From positions 1 through 38,773 of the IMG/VR virus record IMGVR_UViG_3300048882_000206: 38,773 nt of DNA. One strand, given 5' to 3'. Positions 18,970-28,808 of the stretch are shown here, piece by piece. Each line of letters starts with the position of its first letter. Position 1 is the first letter of the stretch. Source of the stretch: a virus (taxonomy: Duplodnaviria > Caudoviricetes). The position numbers and the translations under genes were made by a program. Below the pieces are notes generated by a model, which saw nothing but the letters and a program-made list of their open reading frames with translations, made no database searches and was not told the origin of the DNA.

Positions 18970-20877
18970 ATGCCTACAGTAAACGGCCCAGATGAGATTA
19001 CCGATTTAGAAGCTGGTAACGATAAAGTATTTTATAGCGATAGTAACGGTGACGTTACTGAGGTAGCTCTCGGTGCGGCTGCTACTGTATTAACTTCCGC
19101 AGGAGCCACTAGTGCACCTACCTTTAGTGCGTCTGCCACTGTTGGTGCAAACAAAACTATGTTCACCAATAACAGTGATGTAGAGTCAGGCGTTGCTTTC
19201 GGTGCTGCTGGGACTGTACTCACGAGTGGTGGTACTGACGCAACTGCAACACCACCTACATGGGAAGCTGCTGCTGGTGGCGGTGGTTCTGCACAAATGA
19301 CATCAAGCGGTTCAATAACGGCGGGGAATGCGGTCGCTTTAAGTGCAGCAAATACGGTTAAAGAAGTAACTGACACTCGCGTAGCAATGTCGACAAATAC
19401 TAGCGCATTAAATGCCGCACAGTTAATTAAGGGTGCGGCTTATTCATCAAAAATGGTGTGGGATGGAAACTCAAGCCCAACTGTATTGGCTACATGGACT
19501 GAATATAGTGGTAATTGGTACGCTCAAGCAGGTACATATTCAAGCGAAACCGTAACGTGGGGAACGCGGGTAGAAATTGGCGCGGGAACTAGTTGGTGGT
19601 ATGCAGGGAATACGGCAATTTACGACAGCGTAAATGGTGGGTATTGGACGTGGGCGGGGCAGCAGGGTTCACCCTACACGCCTTATGTAAATTTTAATAC
19701 TGTGTCAGGCACAACAATTACAACAGGTACACCAGTAACTGTCGCTAATGGGTCGAGTAGTTATTACACTATTGCGGGTAATTTTGCATATGATTCCACA
19801 AATTCCAAAATGGTATTTATCTACTGCCCATCTGCCATCTGCTATATAGCTCCGATGACAGTATCAGGAACAACCATCACTGTAGGAACTGAAACATATC
19901 CTGCAAATGGAAATTTTAAAAATCCTTCAATATTCTGGAACAGTACTTATGATCGTTTAGTAATACTAGGCGGTAATGCAAGTGGTAATTTCGAAGTCGG
20001 TTTAAGGCAATATGACTCAGGAACTAGCAGCTATACGGCTCAAACAATTAACTCAACCAATCTGATAGATGAGTACAGAGCGTATACTCCACCAAATTAT
20101 ATGAACGGAACTCAGGCGTTCGACATGGGGAGCAACCAATATGTTCAGGTCGGAATAGGTACAGATCAAAAACTAAGAATTACAAATTTTACTCTTACTT
20201 CTGCGAGTACAGGCACAATGGGAACTACAAGTATCTTTGATGGAACTTCCGCCGTTAGTGCAACAGGAACAGGAGTAGGGCAAGATATAAAACTCGGCCT
20301 AAATGGTTCGTGGAGTGGCAGTTACAACATAGCTAACGAAACGCTTGTGATTAGCGCAAGAGACTCAGATACAGGTGTGCCATTAAAAATATACACACTG
20401 AGATATAGCGCAGCAACAGGTTTATGGTCACAAGCAGGGGCTACTTTGTTAGTTACTGCTGATGGGTCTGGCGGTACTGATGTTATTTATAACGCTAGTG
20501 GTACTAGTACCCAAATTGTCGATAGTGGCGGAAACCATCGAATTATTGCTGGGCTGTTTTATGCTACTGATGCTGCGGGTGCAGATGTTTTTGTTTATCA
20601 TGTAGCCACTCCTTCGTCTGGATCAACTGATGCGCGTGATGTTATTGGTATATCACAAGATACTGTGGGTACTGGTGTAGCGGTCAATGTGACGGTCAAT
20701 GGTGGAGTAAATGAAAACGTAACAGGCCTTACTTCGGGTTCTGATTATTTCATACAAGGAGACGGGTCGTTAAGTACAACGGCAGCATCTCCTGATTATG
20801 GCAATCTTGGTCGCGCACTAGCCACAGACAAACTTCTAATCACTGGTATTGGTGATACAACCGTGAGTAATCAATAG
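18970..20877 (+). CDS. Fibre/spike (receptor-binding or head-fibre) protein
   Basis: G/S/T-rich 635-aa protein with two N-terminal shaft repeats (GAA.TVLTS.G...PT[FW]) and a central beta-rich region. Confidence 0.75.
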   Translation: MPTVNGPDEITDLEAGNDKVFYSDSNGDVTEVALGAAATVLTSAGATSAPTFSASATVGANKTMFTNNSDVESGVAFGAAGTVLTSGGTDATATPPTWEAAAGGGGSAQMTSSGSITAGNAVALSAANTVKEVTDTRVAMSTNTSALNAAQLIKGAAYSSKMVWDGNSSPTVLATWTEYSGNWYAQAGTYSSETVTWGTRVEIGAGTSWWYAGNTAIYDSVNGGYWTWAGQQGSPYTPYVNFNTVSGTTITTGTPVTVANGSSSYYTIAGNFAYDSTNSKMVFIYCPSAICYIAPMTVSGTTITVGTETYPANGNFKNPSIFWNSTYDRLVILGGNASGNFEVGLRQYDSGTSSYTAQTINSTNLIDEYRAYTPPNYMNGTQAFDMGSNQYVQVGIGTDQKLRITNFTLTSASTGTMGTTSIFDGTSAVSATGTGVGQDIKLGLNGSWSGSYNIANETLVISARDSDTGVPLKIYTLRYSAATGLWSQAGATLLVTADGSGGTDVIYNASGTSTQIVDSGGNHRIIAGLFYATDAAGADVFVYHVATPSSGSTDARDVIGISQDTVGTGVAVNVTVNGGVNENVTGLTSGSDYFIQGDGSLSTTAASPDYGNLGRALATDKLLITGIGDTTVSNQ

Positions 20878-20887
20878 GAGCGCCGTA

Positions 20888-21157
20888 ATGAAAATACTAT
20901 TAAACAACGGCTATGTGCAATTTGTATTTCAAGATGCTGACACAGTAACCCTGACGGACACAAAGTTATCAGCTACTGAAACAAACGACGCGGGTAATTC
21001 TACAAGTTGGGAAGATACAAACTTTACAACTCAAAATTCTAAGCTAATTGAATCTGTTACTGCTGAAGATTTCATTCTTGCATTATGGCCTACAGGCCCG
21101 CGGTATTGGCGGAATAGTTCATACGAACTAAATCTTGAACAAAGATTAGGAGCCTGA
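20888..21157 (+). CDS. Hypothetical protein (possible fibre chaperone)
   Basis: AGGAG RBS. Follows the fibre gene. Confidence 0.6.
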   Translation: MKILLNNGYVQFVFQDADTVTLTDTKLSATETNDAGNSTSWEDTNFTTQNSKLIESVTAEDFILALWPTGPRYWRNSSYELNLEQRLGA

Positions 21158-21158
21158 C

Positions 21159-21482
21159 ATGGTATTACAAGTACAAGTTTCTGGTACAAAAACTACTGAT
21201 GGCTCTGAGCAAACCCTGGGGACATCGACATACGTAGGTGTGCATGTCGTAGCGGTTGACTTATCAGCTATGCAAGCAGGGGATTCTGTACGTCTGAAAG
21301 CAAAAACCAAGATTCTGACAGCAGGATCGACTAATGACTTTATTGTACAAACCTTTTCTGATGTACAAGCAGAGCCGATTGTCCAGACAGAGCCAGTAAC
21401 ATCACCATTCTCGTTCACGGCGACACTTGAGCGCACTGGAGGCTCCGACAGGGCATATCCTTGGTCTATTAATACAGTCTAG
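21159..21482 (+). CDS. Small beta-sandwich structural protein
   Basis: AGGAG RBS, beta-strand pattern and position in the structural module. Confidence 0.6.
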   Translation: MVLQVQVSGTKTTDGSEQTLGTSTYVGVHVVAVDLSAMQAGDSVRLKAKTKILTAGSTNDFIVQTFSDVQAEPIVQTEPVTSPFSFTATLERTGGSDRAYPWSINTV

Positions 21483-21490
21483 GAGTAGTA

Positions 21491-22264
21491 ATGTCTCTAT
21501 CTTCTACTCTATTATTAGCAACTGGTTCATTTGTACAAGCTGCAGGTAGCGCAAGTATTGCCGTAAACGCTACGGGTACTGCGCATATCTTTGAGATACT
21601 GCCAGCAGCAGGTACGGGTACAATAGCAGTAACAGGATCGGCAACACCTAACCTGTACGAACTCATTCCAGCAGCAGGAACTGCTACCATAGACGTGTCA
21701 GCGACAGGAGATACAGTGGTTACATTAGCAGCAGTAGGTACAGGATTAATTGATGTTTCAGCAGGAGCGGCAGAACTACAGGTAGTTGGCGCACGACTCA
21801 TGGCTAAATGCTATGTCTCGCAGATACCTGAAAGTGCTGGTGATAATGTCTACGCACCTGTTCAACACATTACTATGCGCCGTGGTGACAATCTTATTTT
21901 GTACCTACGATTCAGGGACTTACGAGACAATGTATACCCATTAACTACTGCAGGTAACGTTGCTTCAATTTGGTTTACAGTGAAGGCTAGGTACAGTGAG
22001 CCTGATTCTGGAGCCTTAGTACAGCGCACAGTAGGTGATGGTATTTATGTCACTGACGGGCCAACAGGCGAAGCACAGGTGGTATTAACCCATGCTGAGA
22101 CTTCTATCCTAGGTGCGCGAGAGTACGATTACGTCTGGGATGTCCAGATTAGGCGAGATACATACGGTTCAGAGTCTATTATCTCCACTGCTAATGAAGG
22201 AACCATGACTGTTAACCCAGATGTCACTATTGATGTCGCAAGTCATGTTGAGGTATCTTCATAA
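21491..22264 (+). CDS. Structural protein with about 20-aa A/G/T repeats and a BppU-N-like C-terminal domain
   Basis: Repeats EILPAAGTGTIAV / ELIPAAGTATIDV / TLAAVGTGLIDV, followed by ITMRRGD...YVWDVQI...GTMTV.PDVT. Confidence 0.6.
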   Translation: MSLSSTLLLATGSFVQAAGSASIAVNATGTAHIFEILPAAGTGTIAVTGSATPNLYELIPAAGTATIDVSATGDTVVTLAAVGTGLIDVSAGAAELQVVGARLMAKCYVSQIPESAGDNVYAPVQHITMRRGDNLILYLRFRDLRDNVYPLTTAGNVASIWFTVKARYSEPDSGALVQRTVGDGIYVTDGPTGEAQVVLTHAETSILGAREYDYVWDVQIRRDTYGSESIISTANEGTMTVNPDVTIDVASHVEVSS

Positions 22265-23574
22265 TGAGTATGATTGGCATAGACGTACTCCACGGGTTTT
22301 CTAAATTTATAGGAGATTATTGGGTTGGTGAAACCACTTCACAAGGTACTACTACCACGATGGTTGATAATAAGTTGGGTCGTTTTGGTGACGATGCCAT
22401 TGTTGATTTTTATGTACGCCCTATCCAAGACACTAATATCTATGAGGTCAGGCGATTAGATACATTCATTTCCAGTAGTGGAACTATGACCTTTAGTCCT
22501 GCATATACGCTTGTTCCACAGATTTACCAGAAGTATGAGCTACATAGGTATGATCCAGCAATCAAATATCAGTGCCTGGATGAGGCTCGTTACAGAGTGA
22601 TAGATGATTTGTATAAGATAGTCTATGACGAGACATTAACAGGCGACGGGCATAGCACGAGTTTCGACATCCCATCGTCCATCCGACACGGGCCTGTGCG
22701 GGTGTATGAGGAAACTCCAATTGGGACTAACAACACGTGGAATTTAATGTCTACACCTGATTTAGATGCACTCACTAATTGGACTCCAGTTAATTTCACA
22801 GCAGCTTTAGAATCAGACCAGACATCAGACTTAACAGTACCGAAATATAGAGATAGCTGTACTCGTTTGTACACCGCAGGCAGTGCGGTAGCTACATATA
22901 CACAAGATGTATCTAATATGGTTAACGTCACTGCTTCTAGTGCGGCAGGTCGTAAGATGACTTTTGCAGTATGGGTATATTATCGCGGCTTCCCTGAGTC
23001 TCAAAGCGTATATACATCAATTGTAAGTAATTCATCTGATGCAATTATTTCAAACATGCACACAGGAAATGGATGGGAGTTATTAATTGCAGAAGGAACT
23101 ATCGAAGGAAAAAACAGCACTGCACTTTCAGTCACAATTACGGCGGAAACTGATAGTCAGGGAACTGTTCTATTTGCTGAAAGAGCTTGGTTCTATTTTG
23201 GTGATAGCAGCCGTATTACAGACCGTTACAACTCGCTTGCGAGCAGGGAAGTCAGGCGTGATGACACGATTCAAAAGATTTATTTAAACTTTATACCCAA
23301 TGCAGGGTACCAATTACGTCTTGAAGGTCGTGATTACATTACAAGTTTAGGGACAGGCACTGCCCAAAATACCAGACGAACTGAGACAAATGGTGCGAGT
23401 GCTCAAATATTATACGGTGCAGCAGCACAAATTCTATTTGAACGTGAAGGTATGAGTGCTGAGTCGATGGAACAATTAAGTAACCGTATAGCTCTTGCTG
23501 ATAGGCGTAAGTCTGAAGTTAAGGATCGCATTGTGATGCCTTTTGCTCCGTCAGTTAAGAGCGCGTATGAGTAA
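22264..23574 (+). CDS. Probable tail adaptor protein with an inserted carbohydrate-binding-like domain
   Basis: Helical termini flank beta regions (LTGDG...FDIP; YQLRLEG). The central NL...W...TFAVWV...GWELL segment is jelly-roll-like. Directly precedes the nozzle-like gene. Confidence 0.55.
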   Translation: MSMIGIDVLHGFSKFIGDYWVGETTSQGTTTTMVDNKLGRFGDDAIVDFYVRPIQDTNIYEVRRLDTFISSSGTMTFSPAYTLVPQIYQKYELHRYDPAIKYQCLDEARYRVIDDLYKIVYDETLTGDGHSTSFDIPSSIRHGPVRVYEETPIGTNNTWNLMSTPDLDALTNWTPVNFTAALESDQTSDLTVPKYRDSCTRLYTAGSAVATYTQDVSNMVNVTASSAAGRKMTFAVWVYYRGFPESQSVYTSIVSNSSDAIISNMHTGNGWELLIAEGTIEGKNSTALSVTITAETDSQGTVLFAERAWFYFGDSSRITDRYNSLASREVRRDDTIQKIYLNFIPNAGYQLRLEGRDYITSLGTGTAQNTRRTETNGASAQILYGAAAQILFEREGMSAESMEQLSNRIALADRRKSEVKDRIVMPFAPSVKSAYE

Positions 23575-25759
23575 AGCATCTACCCGTAGCACATATGATA
23601 TTTTCCTTGAAGCTGATGGCGACAAAATTGGCTACAATTTACACTCAGGTGAAGGTGACTCAGTAGGATACTCTACTGGACTAGCCCCTGCTATTGCTCC
23701 CCGTGTAGATAACCAAGCGTTTACATTTAGTTCTGTACCTCCTGAAATAAAAGTTCCAATCACATTTGAGGATTGGTCGCTTGGTGCAGGCCATCCTATA
23801 GCAAGCACGAACCAACCTGCTACATATAACTATGGCATTCGGATAGATGGCTCTACGCCAGGTATGTTAAGTCGTGTACCACAGACTAGCTATTATTATC
23901 CGTCCACATACCCAACTGTAGACTTTGGTGATCAGGATTGGGTGCCTGTTGGATTTGGCCGCGTAAAGCATACCAGTCAAGGTACGTTTCTCTTAGCGGG
24001 AAATATTTATAAATGGAATTCAGGTACCAGTGAATGGATATTATCGTGGGAAGAAGTGTTGGCAGGTTTTGGTGATAGAAAAGAAAATTTACCGTTGGAT
24101 ATTATTGAATTTAATGGCTATGTGTTTGTAACACTCGTGGACTATTGGGGAGTAGGTACTACAGCAAGAACAGGTATTGACTATGTGTACACCAACGATG
24201 GTGGTACAACATGGACTCTAGCTTCTGGTGGAATAACTGAGCGAGACTTTTTATACTTTACAGTTAAAGGACAGACATCAGGAAATCCTATTTTATATGG
24301 TGTTGACGCTGGAGGAGAGCTACGTACTAATGCCACTGGTATAGCTGCGTGGTCATCTGCATATCAGGTAGGAGAAAGTACAGAAACTGTTACTGGATTA
24401 CTTGAACATCTTGACACGGTATATATCTTTAAAACAAACGGCATTTATAAATTAAATGCTGCAGGCACAGGTACTGAAGATGTCTGGATTGGTGCTAAAG
24501 AAGTAGACAATCTTACTAACGGAAACTCTCCTGTTCTTTTTCGAGATGGGAATATCTACTGTACATACGATGGGTACTTAGTCCAATTTAATCCTGCGAC
24601 TAATTCACTAGCACAAATCTTTCCTGTGCAAGCAAATGATTTTTATAGTGGACAAATTAATTCCATTGCCACTGATGGTGAGTGGCTGTACATAGCGTTT
24701 CAAGTTGATTGGTCATATGGTGCAACATATGTAAGTGGCGACTATACCTATAACAGCAATTACTATGCTCATGTATTAAAGGGCGATCCTAATATCGGTG
24801 GATTTCATCCTATTGGAGTTAGCGGTTATGGAAATCTTAGAAATCTAAGTGTTGTCCCTGTTGGTGCGACTCATGCAGAAAACCAACAGCTTCACCGACT
24901 CGCAACAGTGAATCGTATCAATAATACAGTGAGTCCAAGTCCCAGAAGCGGAAACATTTGGGATGGGTATCTTACATTACCCCGTCCTGGTGAAGATTTC
25001 AGTACCGACACTAACATTTCTGACAACAACATTATCTACGGATCATATATATGGGGACCGTGGGTAGATTTAAATGCAGCTAACATTGATAAATATATTG
25101 CATCAGTTCAAACCATTGTGGATAATGCAAGTTGGGGTGCATTTTGGGATTTGTACTGGCAATTTGATTATGGTGTGTATGACCGTGTGCTTGGTGCTCA
25201 GGGAGGTGGTCAACAGTGGGTAGATTTAAATACAGGCAGCCCATATACCGACTTTTACTGGACATTAAAAGAGCCATTAACATCACGAACTAATGATGGC
25301 AACGTTATGAGTGGGGCTACACTAGAACGCTGGCGTTCAGTACGCTATGTGCTTGATGGGCGTAACCAGTCTGCTACAGCCGCTAATGCGTCACAGCCAC
25401 GTTCAATAGCAATGGAGGCAGCTATATTACCAGAGCGCCTTAAAATGTGGAATTTACAAGTTGTAGTATCAGATGATCTGCAGCTACGTGGAGGAGGGAA
25501 ACAGCGTGATGGAGCTATACGTCAGCGCAACTTTTTGTTTGAATCACCTGCTAAGCAGATGACATTTTATGATCGTGACGGACAGAACTATGTAGTTAAA
25601 GTACAGGACATTCAATCACTAGGTACACAACGAGGACAGTCAAGTGACTATGAGATATTTAATATTTCTTTAAGTGAGTTAGTTCCTAGTACAATAACAA
25701 CACCACTGTTTTCTTGGGATACGGGATCATGGAATCGCGGACAGAGGTATACTACATAA
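23567..25759 (+). CDS. Probable tail nozzle / tubular protein (beta-propeller)
   Basis: About 730 aa with repeated propeller-like blades (DIIEFNGYVFV, LLEHLDTVYIFK, SIATDGEWLYI). Start taken at ATG 23567. Confidence 0.6.
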   Translation: MSKASTRSTYDIFLEADGDKIGYNLHSGEGDSVGYSTGLAPAIAPRVDNQAFTFSSVPPEIKVPITFEDWSLGAGHPIASTNQPATYNYGIRIDGSTPGMLSRVPQTSYYYPSTYPTVDFGDQDWVPVGFGRVKHTSQGTFLLAGNIYKWNSGTSEWILSWEEVLAGFGDRKENLPLDIIEFNGYVFVTLVDYWGVGTTARTGIDYVYTNDGGTTWTLASGGITERDFLYFTVKGQTSGNPILYGVDAGGELRTNATGIAAWSSAYQVGESTETVTGLLEHLDTVYIFKTNGIYKLNAAGTGTEDVWIGAKEVDNLTNGNSPVLFRDGNIYCTYDGYLVQFNPATNSLAQIFPVQANDFYSGQINSIATDGEWLYIAFQVDWSYGATYVSGDYTYNSNYYAHVLKGDPNIGGFHPIGVSGYGNLRNLSVVPVGATHAENQQLHRLATVNRINNTVSPSPRSGNIWDGYLTLPRPGEDFSTDTNISDNNIIYGSYIWGPWVDLNAANIDKYIASVQTIVDNASWGAFWDLYWQFDYGVYDRVLGAQGGGQQWVDLNTGSPYTDFYWTLKEPLTSRTNDGNVMSGATLERWRSVRYVLDGRNQSATAANASQPRSIAMEAAILPERLKMWNLQVVVSDDLQLRGGGKQRDGAIRQRNFLFESPAKQMTFYDRDGQNYVVKVQDIQSLGTQRGQSSDYEIFNISLSELVPSTITTPLFSWDTGSWNRGQRYTT

Positions 25760-25768
25760 GGAGTTATT

Positions 25769-26461
25769 ATGGGCGCAACATATTCAGGCATTACATCTGT
25801 TACTGCAGGTAGTGTCGCTACAACAGCAAATTTAAATCAATACAAGGAAGTATTAGAAGGCTCAAGGGACTTCGTGCCGATGCTGTGGGCAACCGACAAT
25901 AACAATATCATTATGCGTATTGGTGACGCAGCAGGAGTTAACTTCTTTGACATCCAAGACTCAGGTGGAGTTAGTAAGTTCAAGGTAGATAGTGATGGAA
26001 ACATTACAAGCACTGAGGCGCTTACTTCTACTCGCCTTGCAAGACTCGCTGCTGATGAGACTTCTAGTACAGATGTACTCGCTGATGTTGCAGGTATGTC
26101 ATTTTCTATTGGTGCTAGCGAAATATGGGCATTCCATGCGTATGTTATGTACGATGCAGATCCGAGTGCGAATTTCAAAATAGGGTTTACGGGTCCTGCT
26201 GGTTGTCAAGCCACATGGTCACATACAGGCGATCCTACATGGAATATTGGTGGGAGTGCGACGATAAATATTCCTGTTTCTATTGGTGGTATATGGGGAC
26301 TTGATGGACTTAATCCAAATATAGTTGGCACAACTTTTGATGGCACTATAGTAAATGGAGTTACTGCAGGTACATTTCAGTTTCAGTTCGCAAGATTATC
26401 AGGGGCTGCCACTGCTACATTAAAAGCACAAACACATATTATATTTACGAAGGTAGGTTAA
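25769..26461 (+). CDS. Short tail fibre / needle-like protein
   Basis: N-terminal VTAGSVATTANLN anchor-like motif and a beta-rich C-terminal knob. Confidence 0.55.
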   Translation: MGATYSGITSVTAGSVATTANLNQYKEVLEGSRDFVPMLWATDNNNIIMRIGDAAGVNFFDIQDSGGVSKFKVDSDGNITSTEALTSTRLARLAADETSSTDVLADVAGMSFSIGASEIWAFHAYVMYDADPSANFKIGFTGPAGCQATWSHTGDPTWNIGGSATINIPVSIGGIWGLDGLNPNIVGTTFDGTIVNGVTAGTFQFQFARLSGAATATLKAQTHIIFTKVG

Positions 26462-26463
26462 TC

Positions 26464-26664
26464 ATGGCAAATAGCAGTAGAGATCAGAAGTGGATTCAGA
26501 AGGCAATCAAACGTCCAGGGGCATTTAGAAGTTCGGCTGAGAAGGCGGGCATGAGCACTAAGGCGTTTGCAAATAAGGTAACGGACAACCCTTCAAAGTT
26601 TTCTAAACGCAAAAGGAAGCAAGCCTCATTAGCTAAGACTCTTATGGGAATGAAGAAGTCCTAA
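26464..26664 (+). CDS. Small basic protein
   Basis: KWIQKAIKRPGAF...LAKTL motif. Strongly K/R-rich. Confidence 0.75.
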   Translation: MANSSRDQKWIQKAIKRPGAFRSSAEKAGMSTKAFANKVTDNPSKFSKRKRKQASLAKTLMGMKKS

Positions 26665-27351
26665 ATGCCGTCTACATACAACGGCGCACGAGGATGGATG
26701 CCTGACGTAGATCACATCGGCACCACGATGTATGGCTACGCTGACGTACCTCCTGAAACAATGGAACCTGTGGCAGTAATTAACCACATCATGCAGGGGT
26801 ATGCCCGAACTATGATTGAATGGGCTACCAATAACAGCATGGAGAAATCAGCACACTTTATTATCGACCGTGATGGCAACATCACTCAGACTGTGAGTAT
26901 CTACTCACCAGCATGGCACGCAGGGCGGATTGCAAAAGTCACATGGGACTCTATGCCAATAGGGAACAACCCAAATAAGTACACAGTAGGTATTGAGCAT
27001 GAGGGATTTAGTGTTGAACCTGAATATGGCTGTGACTTTATCTATGAGGATGGTTGGCCTGACGCAATGATGGAAGCATCCGTTCAGGTACATAAGTGGA
27101 TACTTGGCGAATTAGGTTTAGAAGCTAATGACCAAACGGTCATTGGTCACAACGAGACTGACGGCGTAAGTAGAGCTAATGACCCAGGACCTGCATGGAG
27201 TAAAGACACATTGCTGGATATGATTAATGGAAGTGAGCCAGCGACTGAAGTCAATACTACTGACAGCGTACTAGAAAAACGTATTGATGATCTTGAAACT
27301 CGTATAGAATTATTAGAAGAACGAAACGCAATAGAGTCTGGAGAGATTTAA
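26665..27351 (+). CDS. Endolysin, N-acetylmuramoyl-L-alanine amidase (Amidase_2 type)
   Basis: Zn-amidase motifs VINH, SAHFII...AWHAG, N..TVGIEHEG and GHNE...DPG, plus a C-terminal coiled coil. Confidence 0.9.
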   Translation: MPSTYNGARGWMPDVDHIGTTMYGYADVPPETMEPVAVINHIMQGYARTMIEWATNNSMEKSAHFIIDRDGNITQTVSIYSPAWHAGRIAKVTWDSMPIGNNPNKYTVGIEHEGFSVEPEYGCDFIYEDGWPDAMMEASVQVHKWILGELGLEANDQTVIGHNETDGVSRANDPGPAWSKDTLLDMINGSEPATEVNTTDSVLEKRIDDLETRIELLEERNAIESGEI

Positions 27352-27476
27352 TGCCAACAGTTAAGACAGGTGGCAAAACAAAACACTACTCGTACACACC
27401 TAAAGGTAAAATGGCTGCAACGAAAGCAGCCAAGCGTGCAGGAGTGAAAGTTAAGAACAAGAAAAAGAGGTATTAA
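27351..27476 (+). CDS. 41-aa basic protein, not in the ORF track (MPTVKTGGKTKHYSYTPKGKMAATKAAKRAGVKVKNKKKRY)
   Basis: Translated by hand. TAATG-coupled to the endolysin with a GGAG RBS, and fills the gap to the holin. Confidence 0.75.
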   Translation: MPTVKTGGKTKHYSYTPKGKMAATKAAKRAGVKVKNKKKRY

Positions 27477-27477
27477 T

Positions 27478-27750
27478 ATGTTATCTGAGCAAATGAAGGA
27501 CACCCTTGAGCGTGCAGTGAGCACTGCAGTTCAAACGGGTATTTCTTTAGCTATCGCATCTAACATGGCTGATGGCTTTGACATAGATACACTAACTATG
27601 ATCATCACATCGGCTCTAGCTGCAGGGCTTTCTGTCATTAAAGGGCAGGCCGCAGCACGTATGGGCATGGGTGACGATACAGCAGGACTGGTTACACTAA
27701 AGAGAGATTCTAAGGGTAGGTTTGTATCTACTAAGAAGGGTAAGAAATAA
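27478..27750 (+). CDS. Holin (r1t-like)
   Basis: KDTLERAVSTAVQT motif, two hydrophobic helices and position near the endolysin. Confidence 0.8.
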   Translation: MLSEQMKDTLERAVSTAVQTGISLAIASNMADGFDIDTLTMIITSALAAGLSVIKGQAAARMGMGDDTAGLVTLKRDSKGRFVSTKKGKK

Positions 27751-27905
27751 TGGATAGAATGGAACGAAGTTTAAACGTAAAGGCAGTAGCAGAAGCTACG
27801 CTTGCATCGGAGTCAGAGGCTCAAGCCACTGAGGAAGCCGCAGCAAAAGAAGCTGAGACTAAAAAGCCTGTTGCAAAAAAGAAAACTGACAAGAAAAAGT
27901 CTTAG
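27750..27905 (+). CDS. 51-aa A/E/K-rich protein, not in the ORF track
   Basis: Translated by hand (MDRMERSLNVKAV...KKKTDKKKS). TAATG-coupled, and its stop overlaps the convergent nuclease stop. Confidence 0.65.
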   Translation: MDRMERSLNVKAVAEATLASESEAQATEEAAAKEAETKKPVAKKKTDKKKS

Positions 27906-28267
27906 GTTTTCTTCCCGCCCCAATACTCTTTGGCGTTGCCTGAGCTAATCAGCGCATCGTTCAGGGACATCCCGTCACACATGAGGGTGCCGAGTATGCG
28001 CCCGTACTTTCCTTTGCCTTTTTCGTGGCTCACCAGGATTATCTCATCAGCCCCTGTCAGCATCTTGGCTGTGAACTCACTTGCTTTAACGCCTGCCTTT
28101 TTCTCGATGGGGTCTCGAGTTCTTTTCTCTGGTGTGTCTACGCCTGCCAGTCTTATGCGTTCGTTGCGTAGCCATACGCCGAAGCCTAAGTCTACGTCCA
28201 CATCAACGGTGTCACCGTCAACAATTCTAGCGACTGATACTTTGTATTGGTACAGGTTCTCCGCCAT
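27902..28267 (-). CDS. Thermonuclease (SNase-family) nuclease
   Basis: Motifs RIVDGDTVDV, RIRLAGVDTPE, GKYGRILG and LNDALISSGNA. Start taken at ATG 28267 (GGAG RBS). Confidence 0.9.
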   Translation of the reverse strand: MAENLYQYKVSVARIVDGDTVDVDVDLGFGVWLRNERIRLAGVDTPEKRTRDPIEKKAGVKASEFTAKMLTGADEIILVSHEKGKGKYGRILGTLMCDGMSLNDALISSGNAKEYWGGKKT

Positions 28268-28808
28268 AACAACTCCAAGCCTCAAACCCCATTGCTTTCC
28301 AGACAACATATGCTGCCTGTGCGTTGTCTGCAGGGTCTAGTAAATTATACTGCCGATGTAGCTTTGGCCAATAGGATATGTTTATTTGGTAGATTCCTAG
28401 CGATACGCCCAAGTCTATGTCCCCTACTGCGTCAGCCTTGCCGCCTGACTCGCATAACATGAGTGCATACAGAAAGTGGAATGGCCTATCGTCATGTATC
28501 CACGACCCGTCCTCTATCTCCATCATCTGCGCAGTGATGTAAGAACGCCAACTGGTCTGAGCCAGGATTACCCGTAAGTCCCACTCAGAGAGAAAATCTG
28601 TCTGTTTAATGTATTCAGGTGTGTGTTGAGTCGTATTTGGTACGGGTATAGCCCCTATACCAGCGTCTGGAGGCGATTGTGGGGAAATCAATATCACGGG
28701 AGTGGGCAGTTGAACTGGATTATAGGACACTACGTACTCTGCAGGGATGAGTGCAGGGGACAGGAGAAAGCCTGTGAGAATCACGCCTGCCAGAATAGCC
28801 TTACGCAT
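28227..28808 (-). CDS. Secreted lytic transglycosylase (SLT/Rpf-like lysozyme fold)
   Basis: Signal peptide and Pro-rich linker, then CESGG (catalytic E), GIYQI, LLDP..N..AA and GF.AW.C. Confidence 0.85.
   Translation of the reverse strand: MRKAILAGVILTGFLLSPALIPAEYVVSYNPVQLPTPVILISPQSPPDAGIGAIPVPNTTQHTPEYIKQTDFLSEWDLRVILAQTSWRSYITAQMMEIEDGSWIHDDRPFHFLYALMLCESGGKADAVGDIDLGVSLGIYQINISYWPKLHRQYNLLDPADNAQAAYVVWKAMGFEAWSCYGGEPVPIQSISR

Noticed and set aside
964-26183. Many antisense and alternate-frame ORFs inside the large + strand genes
   Set aside because: These are shadow ORFs of well-supported genes, with no RBS or protein motifs noted.
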